Positions 13,158 through 26,191 of a stretch of 64,000 nt of DNA are shown here, piece by piece. Position numbers and translations under genes: made by a program. The stretch spans positions 682,001 through 746,000 of the forward strand of contig CAJINV010000009.1 of the NCBI GenBank assembly GCA_905178155.1. Reading direction: 5' to 3'. The DNA comes from Amoebophrya sp. A120 (Eukaryota > Protista > Dinoflagellata). Below the pieces are notes generated by a model. The model ran no database searches, was not told the origin of the DNA, and was given only the letters and a program-made list of their open reading frames with translations. How positions within the stretch are numbered: position 1 is the first letter of the stretch; every line of letters begins with the position of its first letter.

Positions 13158-16100
13158 ATGACGCCGTCCACGACAATGTCGCAGCGGACGAGAAGCAGGG
13201 TCGTTGCGCTAGCTGCGCTCTCAAGTGCTCTCCGCTTGGTTGCCGGGCAGGGACTTCCGGACTGGTTTCCGAGTCATCTGAAGGACGACTACATGGAATT
13301 GCTTTCTTCCGACGTGCTTGCAGAAGACTCCTGCGCGAAGCGGCTAGCGATGTACAAGGAGCTGTCACAAGTTGGTAAGTGAGAAAAAGACGTTTTTCGT
13401 TGAAATACGTTTACATTCATACGATGATTTTCTTCTACTTCTCAGTTTGGCTCATCAGCACCTCTTGTTAGCACCAGCAGAACATACAAGTGTAGAAGTA
13501 TGGTGCATGTTGGACCGCTTGTGCTTGACGTCCAGATCACCTTTTTGTCACTCGAATTAGTGTGCTTGGTGCTATGTCTCCTGCTCCTGAAATAACAGCG
13601 GAACCTCAAGTGGCGCAGATACGGTACTCCATTCTCGAGGACCTCGGGTTCTGCTCTCTGCGAGAGGAGGATTACCGCAAAGCCAGTGCCAACTTCCAAT
13701 CCGCGCTCTCTGAGGTGGAGACCTTTACCCGGGTTAGCGAAGTTAGCTTGATGAAAATGCCGTCGTTGCAACACTTCGCACCCCTGATATTCGAGCGCGA
13801 CGCCGCGACGTCCCTAAATTTGAAAAAATGGGGTGACGCCGCTATGATGTTGCGACGGGTGAACCTGGTCAAAGGTAAGTATTGAATTGTGTGACGCTTC
13901 GAGTTCTAGTAGCCTTCAAACCTATGGTCTATTGTGTAGGCAGAAGTGCAGAATTTCCGTGTGAGAACGCGTGTAACTACTGCTGTCAGATGCAGCTTTA
14001 TGAGATGTTGATGATTAGGGAGAAACAAGAATATGCGTCGACGAAATTTTCATATGCAGATCGCAACTTCGACAAGGAGATGAAGATGATTGCGCAGCAG
14101 CAAGGCATTGCCTCTAAAGAGGACATCAAAAAGGACTGGGACCGCGTGAAGCCGCGCGTGCTGCAGCAAATGAGCCAGCAGCCCGGCGCGACTGGGAACG
14201 TGGTTAAGTCGCACGTTGCGCGCGGAGAGCTGCTTGCCAACATCATCAACCGCATCGACGCCGCGTCGGGCGTAAACTCCTACCGAAAGAAAGCCATTTC
14301 CGACGCGAAGTTCGTTCCAGGGTTGCTGTCCCCCGATTTCACCTTTACAGCAGAGGACTCTTCACACTTCCTATTGGATGACCTGAAGGGTCTCAAGTGG
14401 CCATCGAAGGGCCTGGAGGGAAAGCAGACAAGCTTGGTACTTATGTATGGATACGTTCATTTTGATTTTTCCATGTTGATGCTCGAACTTAGTGTATGTT
14501 GATGCGCTAGTAGCAAGAACGCGAAGTAGCAAGTTGCTGCTGCATGATGACGCGATCTACTTGTTCATCAAGAGAAATAAGATACGAGGAAGATGGTTAC
14601 TTTCCCCCTTTCCGTTACTTCCAGGTTTCCCCCCGCACCGGAAAGGCCGGGGAGTGCGACGAGAAGGTGTGGCCGGAATTTTGTGAACTGCTCAAGAAGG
14701 CGAAGTACAGCTCCGACGTTTTTAGTAGCGTTTTCGGCGGCGTGAAGGTTCTCGGCGGCAAGGCGGGAAAAGAGCAGAACCACAAGCTGGAAGTGTGCGA
14801 GTCAAACGCGGTTTTGGGGTTGGTACTCTCCGAGAAGGACTTCAAGCTGCACTTTGAAGCGGATTCCGGCCGCGACGCGAAGACCGAGACGGTAGCGAAA
14901 GACACCCCGACGTTCGTGAACTTTTGTCGCCCGATTCGCGTGGAGCGCAGTTCGCCCGTGCTGTTCGCGCAGCTCTGGCACCCCGAGGTGGCACCGATCG
15001 AGCGGTCCACCATGATCCGCGCGACTGTCTCGGAGAAGGAAAAGCAGAACGATTTGGCGAAGTTGGTCAACAAGCAAAGCGACTACTGGGAGAAAACGAA
15101 GCGACAGTGGCAAACCAAGCACGCGAACCAGCATAGTATAGAAAACATCGACAGCCAGAAGAAGCAGAAGCTGCAGAAGGAGGCCGAAAAAAAGGCCGAA
15201 GAGACGGAGGAAATGAACGATATGGATGCGTCAGGATCGAAATCGTCAAAGTTGAAATAGTTCGCGATGCATAAAATGCAACGCAAAAATTGCCTCTATT
15301 GCAGAGGACGCAAGGGATGCAGATTGATTGTAAGCCTGTGCAGGGGTAGAAATTAAGCTGCTAAAGGAGCATGAGAAAAGGCGTCTTCCTTACCCAAACA
15401 GCATGAAAAACTGGATTTCAGTCCTACCCAGATTTGTCATGCGCCACTTAAAAACTAGGCGCCAACTGGTATCCGTTCCATGCATCACAAACCATTTCAA
15501 CTTAGACGATTTCAATCCTGACACTCCCATAAACGAGGAGGAGCGAAAGCGGGCCGTGAAGAAGCTCGAGGCCGAACGGGCGGAGAAGCTGAAGATCGAG
15601 CAGCAGAAGGCGGAGGAGCGAAAACAGAAGGCAGAGAAGATGGCGGCCAAGAAGAAGCAGGAGGAGCCCTGGAGAAATGTAAAGATCATGATGAAACCCA
15701 GGGGCGATACAGATTCTGACGCGAAGAAAGTCGAGACTACGGTAGAAGAATGTTGTTGCGCACGTTTCTGTAGAAGTTCAAGCTGTACTAGTACACAATA
15801 CCTCAGTGAAAGAAACACGATAGTGCTGGTTTTGTTCTATGCCTTCGTTTTCTATTTCTGGATCCTCTCCTCGTTGCGAAAGCGAACGTCACCAGACAAT
15901 GCGATAATTCCTCCCGATTTCACTTTCCAGAAACACTTGATAGACTTAGACCAAAACTAAAATTACAATACGCCATGAAAATAATTAACAAAATTATCAG
16001 CTGCAAGAAGAGATGAATGCCCTTGAATCGCTGAAGGAAGAGAAACGCGACCTCGACCGACAGCTCGAATTCGGCCACGCTTCCGAGCTGGTGAAGGACA

Positions 16101-16570
16101 TCAATGCGCTAGAGCGACGGGTCAAGGCCGCGGAGAAGCTCGCAAAGAAGGCCCACAAAAAGGCGGAGAAGAACAAAGACAAAGGCGGCGACAGCTCCAA
16201 GACAACGGAAGACAAAAAGACCTCAGACGAAAAGAAGGAGAAGAAGGAAGAGGACTCCAAACAGGAATCGTCAAAATCTCAATCGGATTCATCTCCAGCC
16301 AAAAAGGCAGACAAGGCCGAGAAGAAAAAGGAGCCGGAGGAAGAGAAACCGAAGGTCGAGGAGGAAAAAGCACCGAAAAAGTCTCAGAAAGAGGAAGCGA
16401 AGGATACGATCAAGGACATGAAGCAACAGCTAGAGGACTACACGAAGCAGAAGAACGAGGCAATCGCGAAGGAAAACTACAAGAAGGCAAAATCTTTGAA
16501 GAAGGAGATCGAGTTACTGGAGAAGAATATCAAGGAGATGGAAACCGTCGCGGAAAAGGACGAGCTGTGA
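13158..16570 (+). CDS. secretory-pathway protein: signal peptide, TPR-like region, divergent aspartyl/asparaginyl beta-hydroxylase-like domain, coiled coil, C-terminal KDEL (multi-exon)
   Basis: Hydrophobic N-terminus (VVALAALSSALRLVAG). Likely GT-AG introns at 13375-13598, 13875-14059, ~14440-14580 (boundaries uncertain) and 15679-16000, plus introner 15221-15531. FAQLWHPEV resembles the AspH C-terminal VDxWHP motif. Ends AEKDEL*. Confidence 0.7.
15221..15531. mobile_element. introner/MITE, family D (311 bp), TSD AACGA
   Basis: Imperfect TIR of ~52 bp: TATGGATGCGTCAGGATCGAAATCGTCAAAGTTGAAATAG vs reverse complement TATGGGAGTGTCAGGATTGAAATCGTCTAAGTTGAAATGG. AACGA at 15216-15220 and 15532-15536. 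Excision gives EEMNE|EERKRAVKK. Confidence 0.92.
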
Positions 16571-17463
16571 ATGACGGAAGTGTACTAGCAGTTCAGTATA
16601 TCACTTGATGTACTGCCTTCGTTGAGGAGAAACAAGACCAACCGGGTGAAATGAACCTGTGTGGCCGCGAAGCTGTTTCTTGGTATCCAAACACGTAAAA
16701 TGAAAATGAAAACTCAACTTTCGTAGTTGTGAAAAAGCACGTGGAAAAAATGTATATACGCACACCCATCCAAGTTCTTGCTGGCAAGTTTCACAAACAT
16801 GAGACCCAATAAACCGACGACAATTTTTCGACCCTCCCCCAGAGTAAGCACTACCCCTTGTGTCGCTCCAGCTTTTCGGAAAGTTGCACGAGAAGTACCT
16901 CGGATGTGACACACAAAAACCTACCCACATACAGGATATTAAAGCTCGTCTCTAACTACAAACGACCGGAATAAAGAAAAAGTAGATCTAGAAGCGAAAA
17001 GATCGAAGGAAAGGAGCTGCCCATGACGTGCACTATTTTGTCGCGAATAGTGTCACCAGTGTGGTGCTTCTGATATTGGCAGCCACGGTGGGGACGAAAG
17101 TCCATCTGGATCTGAGTCGTCTCGTCTTGCTGAGAAACAAGAAGTCGCCGCTCGCCTTCTTCTGCTGTATTTGAGCGACGGAGAGAGCAACTACAAGAGC
17201 GGAAAATACGTGATGAATTATAAAGCATCCATTCTAGTATGTATATGCTTCATCTAACGCAATTACACTCGTCTTTGTCAGTTACACGCGGTCATAGATC
17301 GCATCCTCTATATTTATGATTGCCTGGACAGGTAAAGAATAGATCAAAACGCAGGAGCAGGCACTAGAGCTAGCAATAAAGCTGTAAAGTTCATCAATGC
17401 TCTTGTTGATGTGAATTTGATTTTCAAAGCGCCTCGTAATTATTTGTTAGAAGTAGGCCAAAC

Positions 17464-18921
17464 ATGGGAAACTCCCCTCCAGGCGGCTCCACCTTGCCCG
17501 GCTCCGTCTCTTCGCGACCCGGAGGTGCAAGCAGCTCCTCCTGGCCTGACGACATCTACAGAGTCGCGAGTCCGAATTCCGAGAGAAGGAATGCAACCAG
17601 TTCTGGTTCAACACCCGGCACAAAAAACGTTTCTGCGTCACCCTTGACCGGAACCACAACAGCGGCAGCCGCAACTGCTTCTGCCACAAGCGCGTCGTCC
17701 CCAAACCAGCTTCTTCGCTCGCTGCAAGAATCCCTACTGTCGACCCAGTCGAGGCAAACCGTCGGCATGCTTTCGAAGGGGTCGGACCTCTGTCTCCGCG
17801 GGCACCGCGCAATCAGCAAGATCCAGCTGTTGCAGCAAGTGCTTTATGGACCGGAGCTGCGGCAGTTCGAAGGCTGTGTGGATGTGCTCGAGAGGCTTGT
17901 GCAAGAACTGTCAGAGAAACAGAAGAAAAAGTTCCAATTACCTGAGGACCAGTGGGCCAATCCGGGGCTATCTCTCTTCGCCAAAGTGAACTTCTTGCAC
18001 TTCCGCTGCAAAGTCTTGCAATACTTGGCCGACGATGCGGAAGTAGTCTGGGAGCTGCTGCTTCACTTTCCGACGATCGCGGAGACGGTTGCGTCGTCCA
18101 GGATGCCGTCGCTGTCCCTGCTTCAGTTCGCTAGTTTGCACAAAATTGGGTCGGAGGTGTCGATCATAAACTGCCTAAATGAGAAGCAGATCTCGCTCGT
18201 CCGGTTCTACCACTTGATAAAGCACCTGGGGAAGCACCTTGCCTTTGGCGCTTGCGAACAAACAAAACTGAACAAAACACGGCTGGAGAACTTGGTTTGG
18301 CTCCTCCGTTTTGGCGTAGACGTCGAGCTGTGCAAGCCAGTGGCAAACCAACTCGTGAAGCAGTGTCTCGTCGAGTACTGCAGCAAGAACCAAAATTATT
18401 CCGCCACGACCGCGCCAGGTGGCAGAGGTAGATCGGCAACTGGAGCTGCTGATACAGATGACCTTGGATCGTTCTTCTGGGAGAAGGGTCTCCTCTCGAA
18501 TGGCCATCTCCTGAACCATTTTTGTGACGGCGCGTTGTCTCTCACTGCCACGACGTTCGAAGATTTCGACTGTTCTCTGGCAGAGAGTGACCTGAAAACG
18601 GTAGTAGAGCAGGTCGATACTTTTGGCGAGACAAATACAACTTCCATTGCACCTACACCAACCAGTGGAGCTGCTGCATTCTTGCAGTCCTCGCCGCAGC
18701 CAACAATAGCAGGAGCGAACGCGAGAGGTGGAAACAGCTCAAGCTCCCTCGCGGCGCTGTTGCGGCAAGAACGGGCCAGATCGTATCTGAAAATATCGGC
18801 GGATCAGCAGAGACGAGTGAATAAAAACGCGAACGAACAAGAAGTGCACTCTGAGTCTACTCTACTTCCTCCAAAATCGCAAAACAAAATGTTTATCAGC
18901 CCGCCATTCAAGTTGTCGTAG
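17464..18921 (+). CDS. hypothetical protein (485 aa)
   Basis: Long ORF starting MGNSP (possible myristoylation), with Ser-rich ends and a helical core. No family recognised. Confidence 0.7.
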   Translation: MGNSPPGGSTLPGSVSSRPGGASSSSWPDDIYRVASPNSERRNATSSGSTPGTKNVSASPLTGTTTAAAATASATSASSPNQLLRSLQESLLSTQSRQTVGMLSKGSDLCLRGHRAISKIQLLQQVLYGPELRQFEGCVDVLERLVQELSEKQKKKFQLPEDQWANPGLSLFAKVNFLHFRCKVLQYLADDAEVVWELLLHFPTIAETVASSRMPSLSLLQFASLHKIGSEVSIINCLNEKQISLVRFYHLIKHLGKHLAFGACEQTKLNKTRLENLVWLLRFGVDVELCKPVANQLVKQCLVEYCSKNQNYSATTAPGGRGRSATGAADTDDLGSFFWEKGLLSNGHLLNHFCDGALSLTATTFEDFDCSLAESDLKTVVEQVDTFGETNTTSIAPTPTSGAAAFLQSSPQPTIAGANARGGNSSSSLAALLRQERARSYLKISADQQRRVNKNANEQEVHSESTLLPPKSQNKMFISPPFKLS

Positions 18922-20023
18922 GTGGCAGCAGCTGTTTGTTGCTTCGTTGTTTCTGTCTGCGCTTGGACAGTGCAACTAAGTACAGAAGGACGCAGGGTGG
19001 TCCGAGGGAATGACGTAAGTACTAACTAGTAGCAGGCCCCAATCGGCCTCTGCGAGTCGTTTCTTAGTTGAGGAGCTGAGAATACAGAGTGACATTCAAG
19101 CAAACGTCTTCTATTTTCCGTCCGTAGGGGCAAGTCCTTGGCTGTTTGGGCCAGCAATGAGCATTACAGTGTGGGAAATGTGACCCTCAAGAATGATGTC
19201 TTGGAGGCGTGGTCAGTTGCATATGTTCATCTTCGCTAGGACGAGTTGCAAGAGTTGATAAGCGAATTTTTTCCTCTGGAATGCGAACCACAGGCACAAA
19301 CACAGATGAGAAAAAGAAATAAGATAGAAGATCACATACTGCAACTCGTGATGCAACACACACGTCAGCGCGAGATAATGTTAATGGTGATACACTTTTA
19401 CAGAAATGACAATGAGTCCAAGTGATAGTGGTCCTTCTGTGATTGTGTCCGCGGTTCACGTTCAGCATGGTGTAGCAGAAATAGTCGATCAACTACAATG
19501 CATGATGTTTACAACAAAGCCCGAAAAGATAGAAAAGGTCCGCTAGAAGTAGAAGCGTAGCCTACAGCCTGTTTAGCTCGCCTTCTATTTTTTTTAGATC
19601 TCGTTCTTGCTCGTGACAGCGAGCCGATAAAGCGAAAGCCAGAAGATCTCGTTGATAGACCTCAAGCCAAGATGAAAAAGCATGGTCCGATCTTAGACAA
19701 CCACTCTATGAAGCAATTCTTGGTCTTGATGTTGCTGGATCCTCCATTCGGATACGAATTTTGATCATTTGCAACATTTTATTGAAGATGAAGCTATATC
19801 CACCAAACCTTTTTTTTCTCAGTGGATATCCTGGTTTGCGGCGACACTCGTGAACAGTTTGATCAGTTGTGAAAAGTTTCGTACCGCCGTACCATAGAAG
19901 TGACGCTGCTGTATTTCAGTTGACGTCGTCGTCTCTATTTTTTTTTTGGCGCCGACGTGAGACCAAAGATCGCTCGACTTTGGTGAGAGCATCGATCGAT
20001 CATTCAAAGACAAGACTACAATC

Positions 20024-20427
20024 ATGGCGACAGCACAAAATCCGGGCACGGTTGTGCAGCACGCGGGCACAGTAATCCCGATGGCTTTGGTAAACAAGTG
20101 TATCGGACAGCCAATATGGGTGATAATGCGGGGCGACAAAGAATTGGTAGGCACGCTGCGAGGGTTCGACGACTTTGTAAATCTGGTGCTCGACGACGTG
20201 AAAGAGTACTTTATTTTTCTTTGTTCATTTTCATATTATTTTGCTCTACTCATGATTTCTCTTTGTTTGATGCGTTTGCGTTTCCTTGCAAAATGAAATG
20301 TTATTATTTGAAAAAAATCAGGTACACTTTCACTCCACAAGGGCGAAAAGAAACCAGAATACCTTCAATTTTGCTCAACGGAAATAATGTCACGATGCTT
20401 GTCCCTGGTGGCGAGCCAGTTCCATGA
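20024..20427 (+). CDS. LSM5: U6 snRNA-associated Sm-like protein LSm5; exons 20024-20205 and 20322-20427
   Basis: Sm1 and Sm2 motifs [43 protein letters not shown]|YTFTPQG...[15 protein letters not shown], joined across GT-AG intron 20206-20321. Confidence 0.95.
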
Positions 20428-21091
20428 GCTGGGAAATGTATCAACATTCGTGAACGTAAGAAGTATTTACGCAGAAAATCAAAATGTGCCCTGAAAAAAC
20501 GACGTGCGTCTTCATCTTCGACGGCCTTAAAATCCACCTCCGCGAGTATCTCTTTTGTTCTAAATCTGAGGGGGAGTAGTCGGCTAACGTTGGCACCCTT
20601 GGGTGCTGCAAGTACTGGAACAGCAAAGTCTATGGCGACATCCTTTTCTCCACATGAAGTGGCGGGTCTTGAGCCAGTCTCGCAGGCACCTCCCTTCCTG
20701 AAAATGGCGCTACAAAACAGAGTGGCCGCTGCCTTTCTCGATCGCCTGATAATCTTGAGAGACAACGAGCGACCAAATGTAGCTCCAGAAGATGTCTCGG
20801 ACGTGCGTGTTTCTACTTGAGAGGCAAATTCACAAAGGCGTGGCTGTCGTAGGGTGAGATCATTCCTCGTCCTTCTACAACTGAGCGTCGTTTCCATATG
20901 CTAGCAGATCGTTTTTGACGGTTTTGGTGTCGTTGTTCTTCCTTTTTGGAAAAGCTTCAGATTGCAACGCTCGTCGCTTTCTTAGGCCCAATGCTGCGGT
21001 TTCTTGTCTGCATTGGAAAAGCTGTAGTTTGAATAGAGATTGAAATACCTCCTCATCAGCTGATATTGAATACGACGCAGAATCGATCAAA

Positions 21092-24000
21092 ATGATGTCG
21101 TGGTTGTTCTCCTCCTCCTCCTCGGAGGAAAAGAATCCGAAACCGGAAAATCCGAACCCTTCGGAGGAGCATCAAAAAATTGCACCAGTGAAACCCGTTT
21201 CTCCGGTTGTTCCGATGACACAGTACGGCTACCTTGCCCCTCCGGCACTTCCTCTCTCCGCCACTGGCCGCCCAGCGCCACCCCAGCCGCAAATTTACTT
21301 TGCACGACACCGACGGAGGACTACACCACAATTCGCGACGAGGTACAGCAGAAATCCGGCGAAGCGAGCGACTTTAGCGAATTCCACGGAACAGACTCGC
21401 TCTCCGCGGGGGCCCGATGGCCGGCTGCACTTCGAGAAGAATATTGATAACGACGCAGAGCCAAAACGCGGGGCAGAAGTCGAAGATGAGCTTGAGCCCA
21501 GTTATGATCGAAATCCTGGCGGCGGCAAGAACGCGGATCGCATCCGCATGCAGAACCTCCAGGATCTGGTCGCCTACACCGAGAACAAAAAGCCGCTGGA
21601 ATTCTATTCCACCATCTCGGCTGCGCAGTATTCGCAGGCACCAGAAGTTCGTGGAGGCATCAAGCCCTTGGACCTAGACATCCTGGGACATGTGGTCCCG
21701 GATACGAGCGTCACCGGCGGGTCAGGCTCGATGAAGCAGCGGAGAACCAAAAACTTCCCTCGCGAGGCCGCGGCAGGAGCCGCAGCATCTTTATCTCCCG
21801 AACGCGGAGCTGTTGCGGACCTTGGTCCAGGAAGAGCTACTTCGCTCACGAATTATGGAGCGACCGATATTTTCTCCAAAAGAAATCAGAATGAAGACCA
21901 AGACGGCACCAGATCACCAGTTGCCGACTCCTCCGTCTCTCCAACCAGATCGAGCCCGCCAGTGTCGTTCTCGGGTCGAGGGGTGGCGTCGCCGAAAAGC
22001 TACCGGGGCTTGAATTTCACAGGACGTGAGTCGGCTTTTGCGGAGAGCCATCAAGACACCAGGATTTCCTCCAGGGGACAGAATGATAATGAATCGTCAA
22101 GCAGAACCGGAACTACAGGGTGGGATCGCTCCCTCCAGGATCAAATTCGGCGGCTCAACGCACGGCACGGGGAGGAGCCGTCGAATACAGCAGCAGCAGC
22201 AGCAGATCAACTGCAACGGGAATTCAGCCCTTTTCGGCCACCACAGCGAGGTGCCTATCATCCACCGTCTTTGTCGCTGCCGTACCCGCGCACCGCCTTC
22301 GCGCAGAACAATCGAAATGCGCAGAACCCAGAGTTTTCCTTTTCGTTCAATTCAGCCAGATCTTCAGGCGGTTCGCGTTCGGCAAGGACGACCTCGCAGC
22401 AGAACTCGACGAGGGTGGTCGACCCCAGCTTCTATTGCGTGGATTCATTCACTGCCGTGACAACGCCCGCGACAGCATCTAGCGCCGTCGTGTCTGCCAC
22501 GAGCCGTCTTCTTGGAGGTTTCGCCGGCTGTGACTACCAGCAACCAGACACAAGTGGGTCACTTTTGTTCTATTCGCCCAATAACCGGAGCGGAGCGAGA
22601 GACGGATCATACAGTGATTACCGTGCTGCGAAGATTACTGCAGGACCAGTCGACGTTCACCAGCCCAAGTACGCATCGAACTCGCTTCAATTCGATTTTC
22701 CTATGTTTTCCGTACCAACGCCGGGCGCAAGCAGCTGCACAAATAATTTGGTTACTCCAGTTTCAGCTCCTGCGCGTATGCCCGGCACATTGCCATGGAG
22801 CTTGCCAGACTCCGGCTTTGCAGGAGCTCGCCCGCAAGTTTCAAATTTTGTCACGCAAGAGCCAGAGCAAACGCCCATATCCGCCCCGGCGCGTGTTACG
22901 GTGCCTTCTTCTGATCTCCGGTTTTCTCGCGGAGTGAAAGCGGCAGCTGTAGCAGCGAAAGCGCTCCAAGACGAACAGCAAGAAAGTTTGCTGCTGCAAT
23001 TCCATTCCGTCGACCAAGGATACGAAGTGCAACAAAGCCGCGAAGGGATTAGCAGTCGCGGCGACCACCTCGTCCCTGAGCAAAAAGGCCGTGTGCTGCA
23101 GGATATCGCGTCCCTGTCTCCATCAGTTTGCGCGGACAAGATACAACCGAGATCCCCTAAGCCGGGCTCGGCGAAAAAGCTTCACGCGGAGCTTCTTGCT
23201 TCTCTCAAAAATATCGCAGGAGCCGCTGAAGAATTGGATCTGCTGCAAAGCAGCGTCCTGACGAATCTGGAACGCGAAATCTCCTTCCGCCACGGCAGCA
23301 GTGCCCTCGACGATTTTCTACTACATGAGGACCCCTCAAAACTCAGCCCAATCACCGCGATTCCGCCCGACGAAAGTGCCACCAACGAAGAATTCACGCC
23401 CCTGACCGGAGGAGCGTCAGCGCCAGCTGGAGCAGCAGGAGCAGCTGTGGCGTCGTTCAATACCTATGGTCCTGCCCCGGGGGCTGTACTCGGAGAGGCA
23501 GCACCTGCTGCACCAAAGGTACAAGGGAACGAACAAGCTGGGCCGGCCGATCTGAAAGACGTACGGAATGAGGCTGCTCATCGCGGAACAGGAAACAGCA
23601 GGTCAATTGTTGATGGAAACAAGCGAGGAGCTGGTCGCCTGGAGCTGCGCGGAGGTGACAAAGGCAAACAAGAAGATGATCCGTTTGCAACAAAACAGAT
23701 CATTGACGCGGCGGAGTTGCGGGCCCGTCTTCGCGAGCAAAGTGCAGCGTCGCAGGCCTCTGGCGTGGCCAGCGGTTCTGCAGCTTCTCCCTCTACGGCG
23801 CAACCTGTCACTCATGACCCGAACAAGACCGAATTAGCTACACAGCGGGGTCGCGAGGACCAGTCGACAATTTTGTCGACGCAAATTCAGTCTGAGCCGC
23901 CGACGAGGATTGCTGAGGGCGGAGCGCTACAGCTGCAAAGGCGACGAGGAAGTGAAGATCAGGCACAACAGGAAGAGTGTCGCGATGTCGAAGAGGTGCA

Positions 24001-26191
24001 GCGAGAAATTATCCAGCGAAAGTATCCTGAGTAAAAACGTACCCACACCATAGTCAAGATGGGGAATCGGCTAGACAAATCCACAAGTTTTGGCTGTTTT
24101 GCATGACAGATTTGGACTCGTATTGTAGTGCTGTTTGAGCTAGCTCAGGAGCATCACAGAACTAGCATACCATGCTGATTGGAGCATGACAAATTGCAAA
24201 ACATGACTATAAAATGCTTCTCATGGGGCTCCGCATGACAAACATTTTCAGCATGCAGATTTGCATTACAGCTATGGGGTGGGTACGTTTTTACTCAGGA
24301 TAGAAAGCAGCAGCTCATCAGCAAAGCGGAGGAGGAGCTCAGGGCGATCGAACTGCTGTACGAACACCTCCTGCACCGACAGCCATCAAAACCGCCTTCT
24401 AGTCAAGCAGCCGGAGAAGTAGCCTCCAAGCCTGTGTCAACCAACAAGGGCAGCGAAGCAAGCACTGCTTTTGCACTGAAACACGAAACGCGAAATATTA
24501 AAAGCGACTACACTACAGACACCGCAGCTAGTACTTCGCCACTTATCGAGGAGAAGCACCGCGCGGTCTCGCCTCTGCTGGCTGCGATAGTGGACAGAAT
24601 GGTAAAAACAAGGGATGAGCAGGGAGGAAGTTCAGCATCGTCTTCGAAGGTCGGTAACGGAAGCCGAGAAAAAACCGGAAACCTCGCGCACGACTTCGCA
24701 TTTCATTTACTGCAGAAGCGCGCAGAAAAAATCGCATCGCTCTCACCGCGCGGGCGAGTGTCGGGCTCCTCGGATGGGACGAAAACGAAAAACAAAAAGC
24801 CGAATCCAGCTGCCGAGCAGCAAGCTTCCTTCGCGGAGTGGCAGCGGTCGTGGTTAGAAAAGCGCGAGGAAAAGTTGCAGTTTCTGAAAGAACTACAGCA
24901 TGACGAGACAATTCACAAGCACGCGGGCCACGGATTCTACGTCACGCCACAGTCGGAACGGATTTTGGCGGAAAAGGAAGATCGGATAAGAACCACGGTA
25001 GCCGAACCAGCCACAGAGCAGGATATGAACGCTGAGCCTCTTGAAGGGTACAAGTCTCCCGTGAAGGATCACGCTCATGTGAGTGCAAAGTACTGGGCGA
25101 AGCGGCAGCACGACGTGCACAGCGCGAAAAAAGTCGTGGGGCGGCTGAAGACTTTGAGGAATAACCGGAAAAACAATCAGAACAACCTCGGATCTACAGC
25201 AGGCCGGGTTTTGAACCTAACAGAGAAGGAAATCCGGGATGAGGAGAAGCACCCAAAATACAAAGCCAAAGACGGAGGCCCCATCAACGAAGCGCTTCTG
25301 CGGCTCGCGCAACCGCGGAAGGTGGAGCCCGGGCTGCAGGAACTGGAAAAACACAGCGAAGTGGAGCTCCGCGCGCGCACCGCCGCGCGCAAGCTGCTCG
25401 AGAAGAAGACGAACGTGAGTGATCGCGTCTCCGAACTCTACCAGCTTGGCGTGCAGCGGGTTTCGTCGAGTTCGTCTGGACCCGATGGTCCACCGGGGAA
25501 TAAAACTGCACCAACAAAGAGCGCGCAGCCGGCCCCTTCGACGTCGTCTTCCAAGATGAACTTGAATTCGATGAAAATTCTGCAAGCGGTGGCAGCGAGA
25601 AAGAAGCAAGCCCAGGAAGAGCTATTGCTTCAGCAATCAGTGCTTGAAGCAGAAGTTGCGTCAAAGAACCGCGTTCCGGAAATTCGAAACAAAACTGGAG
25701 TGGAGTCGAGTGCAGCGAGTACCACGGCCGACAGAAATCCGCCGAGCAGCCGAGAAGTTCCCGGACCAAAAGATGAAGGCGAAGCATCACCATCAACGGT
25801 TTTTGAAAAAACTGCAGAAAAGATGAAGGGTGAGAGTGGACCTTCAGCTGCACCACATCAGCAGCGTGGTTCAGAACAAAAAGTAAAGAAGCTGCAAGAC
25901 GTTCCTGCCGGCGCAGTGGCGGTTGTGGTTGATGCGTCCGACGCTGAGGGGAAGCCAAAGTCTGACGCGTCTGAAACTGCAAGTAGCAGATCGTCGAAAG
26001 GTCGCAAGAAACTACCGACGCCGCGGAGCATTCAAGCGATGGCGCGGATGCACCAAGTCGCAGAGGAGTGGAAGCGTCGGCGTGAGGAGAAGCATTTGCA
26101 GGCCAAGTTGCAGCGGGAGGAGGAACTACTGAAGGAATGCACCTTTGCACCAACTTTGCACTCCAAGAACTCCTGGAAACGCGCCACCTGA
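21092..26191 (+). CDS. large low-complexity/coiled-coil protein (~1600 aa); exons 21092-24022 and 24308-26191
   Basis: ORFs 21092..24034 and 24434..26191 are in the same frame and join (IIQRK|QQLISKAEEELR) when introner 24023-24302 plus one TSD is removed. C-terminal ELLKECTFAP motif. Confidence 0.75.
24023..24302. mobile_element. introner/MITE (280 bp), TSD GAAAG
   Basis: 31-bp TIR with one mismatch (TATCCTGAGTAAAAACGTACCCAC[A/C]CCATAG). GAAAG at 24018-24022 and 24303-24307. Confidence 0.95.
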
